The position numbers were made by a program, and so were the translations under genes. The notes under the pieces were generated by a model. The model was not told where the DNA came from. It made no database searches and saw only the letters and a list, made by a program, of their open reading frames with translations. Below are positions 61,767-64,000 of a stretch of 64,000 nucleotides of DNA, in pieces. This DNA comes from Lama guanicoe (Eukaryota), in contig MU053379.1 of assembly GCA_013239625.1 (NCBI GenBank), forward strand, positions 70,490 to 134,489, in the 5' to 3' direction. The first letter of the stretch is position 1. Every line of letters begins with the position of its first letter.

Positions 61767-62262
61767 TTGTATCTTCCAGAGATGGCCCCGTCACCATGTC
61801 CCACCATCCCCCACACTCTTCTTACAATGGGCATAGACTCTCCTCCATCAAGATGTTCCTTCCCCTGCGTCCCAGTGGGCCTGTGACTGCAGTGAAAGTG
61901 GGCTATGCTACTCCCAAGACTAGGACATAAAAGGCAGTGCAGCTTTCACTGGCCTCTTCGGGATCCTTGACCTGGGAATCCTGCCACCAGCCACATGGAA
62001 GGGCTACTGGAGATGTTCGGCCACAAGCCCAGCTGACAGTCAGCCTTGACCACCCATCATCAGTGTCGGCAGCAGCGGCCGTGTGAATGAGTGAGGCTTC
62101 AGAAGTTCCCAGCTTCCAGCCTTCGAGCTGCTCCAGGGGGTGATGTGGAGCAGCGATGAGCTGTCCCCATTGAACACTTCCCAAACTGCACACCCATGGG
62201 CAAACCAAGTGTTGTTTTAAACCACTAAGCTTAGGAGAAGTTTGAGATGCAGCAACAGCTTG
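61766..62262 (+). mobile_element. Old MaLR LTR (MLT1G/H-like)
   Basis: ttgtatcttccagagatggcc...ctaggacataaaaggcagtgcagctt...gttgttttaaaccactaag. Confidence 0.75.
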
Positions 62263-62759
62263 CCCGCCTTTCCCACCTGTGAGTGTAATGTTTACAAGCA
62301 TTGCTTAGATGTCACTCATGACAGAGGCTGTGCCTGCAGAGACAAGGTCTACCAGATGCATGGGCTGGCCCAAGTGGAGCCATGAAGGCCAAGTTCTGGG
62401 TCTTAACCTAGCCTAATCTGCCATGAAGTCATTCCTCTTGGGAATGATTGGCAGAAATACTGGTCCAAGCCTTTTAATGGTCCTGGTTTTAGTTTCCCTG
62501 TTTGAGAAAAAATGAAAGATGAAAGTCAAGGGGTATTTGATAGAAACCACCAACTGATCCCCCAAATCTGTTTTGCCCTTCCTCTAGTAGCAAGTTCCTA
62601 AGTCTCAGCGGCACACAGACCCCTCAGAATAAAGACCCTGTTGCAGGATCTTGTGATGGCCCACCCCTCTCCCCTGGCCTCCGTCTAACCTCACTACAGC
62701 TGTGGAGACAGGTCCACGTACTCGTCCTCTTCATTGTTTTCTCCTGAAGGCCATATTCA

Positions 62760-63860
62760 TTTTTCTTCTCTTCCTTTTTAATTGAAATAAAAATGTATAT
62801 AACCTAAAATTCACCCTTTTGACCATTTTAAAGTGTATAAGTAAGGATTTTTTAAGTATAGTCACAATGTTGTGCAACCATAATTCCTATCTAATTCCAA
62901 AGGATATCAACATAAAAGAAACCCTGTGCTGCTTATTAAGCAGTAACTCTCCATTCTGCCCTGCCCCCAGCCTTTGGCAAATGCTAATCTACTTTATGTC
63001 TCTGTGGACTTGCTTATTCTGGACATTTTCTGTAAATAGAATTATATAACATGTAGCTCTTTTTTTTTTCTGGCTTTTCCACTTAGTATTTTCATGGTTC
63101 ATCCATCTTATAGCATATATTAGTATTTCTTTTATTGGCTGCCTAATATTCCATTATATGGATATACCACATTTTGTTTATCTATTGATTAGTTAATGGA
63201 CATTTATGTTGTTTCCACTTTGGGCCTATTATGAACAATGCTTGTATTCATGTGCAAATTTTTGTGGAATACATTTTCATTTCTCTTGGGTACAGACATA
63301 GGAGTGGAATTGCTGGGTCTTATAGTAATACTGTGATTAACTTTTTGAGAAAGAGCCAAAATGTTTTTCACAGTTAGCTGTATCAGTCTACTTTCCCAGC
63401 AGACACGTACCAAGTTCCAATTTCTCCTCGTCCCTTTCAACAGTTATTATAACTATTATTTTTGTATTTGTATGTGAAGGGACATTTCACTGCAGTTTTG
63501 ACTTGCATTTCCCTCATAACTAACAATGTTGAGCATCTTTTCATGTGCTTATCTGCCATTTGTATCTCTTTTTTGAGAAATGACGTTTCAAGCACTGTAC
63601 TTGGTTTTTAATTGAGTTGTTTGTCTTTTTGTAGGGGTTCTTCCTAGATTCCGGTTTCTGGATCCTTAGCAGATAAATAATTGGTACATTTTCTCCCATT
63701 ATGTAGGTTTTCTTTAAAGCTTTGTAGTAGTGTCTTCTGATGTATTAAAGTTTTCAATTTTAATGAGTCAAATATCTCTTTTCTTTGTGACTGCCTGTGC
63801 TTTGTTGTCATGCTTATGAAACTGTGACCTCATCCAGGGTCCTGAAGATTTATACCTGTT
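62760..63860 (-). mobile_element. L1M fragment (end of ORF2 plus 3' UTR)
   Basis: aattcacccttttgacc...tcacaatgttgtgcaacca; ggagtggaattgctgggtc; gttgagcatcttttcatgtgcttat. Confidence 0.85.
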
Positions 63861-64000
63861 TCTGTGATGACAAAACAGATATTTCATGTTGCATCTTAGG
63901 CATTTTACTGTGTGACAACCCTGCTCGCACCCAACGTCTGGACATTTAGATAAAGACCTGAGCTTAATTCCTACCGCAACTTCCCACTTTGTTTTCCCAG

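Noticed and set aside
60487..61930. Long ORFs of 301-436 aa (CVCVYV / HTHTYT)
   Set aside because: Stop-free translations of the CA/CATA microsatellite; no domain or gene context.
1..64000. A new multi-gene biological system
   Set aside because: The only intact genes are the known neighbours SNRPB2 and OTOR; everything else I can resolve is transposon, retrocopy or simple repeat.

Overview
Mammalian genomic DNA, most likely camelid (alpaca/camel), judged from the tRNA-derived Vic-1-type SINEs and young L1 3' ends. Two intact, spliced protein-coding genes lie on the + strand. SNRPB2 (U2 snRNP protein B'', 225 aa) has a non-coding exon 1 in a CpG island ending at 28844 and six coding exons from 30631 to 38224. 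OTOR (otoraplin/MIAL1, 129 aa) has four exons from 45689 to 48678. All splice junctions are GT-AG and the frames join correctly. The rest is intergenic or intronic DNA dense in transposon fossils: MLT1/MaLR and ERV solo LTRs, L1, L2, MIR, MER5/MER20/MER58/MER47 and camelid SINEs. There is also an RPL23A processed pseudogene, an unidentified retrocopied 3' UTR, a 14-N gap and a ~0.9 kb compound CA microsatellite. Almost all ORFs in the supplied track are spurious. I see no evidence of a new multi-gene biological system. The best leads are: a young CpG-rich solo LTR loaded with NRF1/AP-1 motifs (1027-1525); an orphan retrocopy with a 15-bp TSD (4890-5369); a 29-bp minisatellite arising inside the RPL23A retrocopy; a near-perfect 104-bp duplication in the SNRPB2 CpG island; and a MER41-like LTR with several STAT (GAS) motifs in OTOR intron 3. 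Repeat family names come from recalled consensus resemblance, not from a database search.
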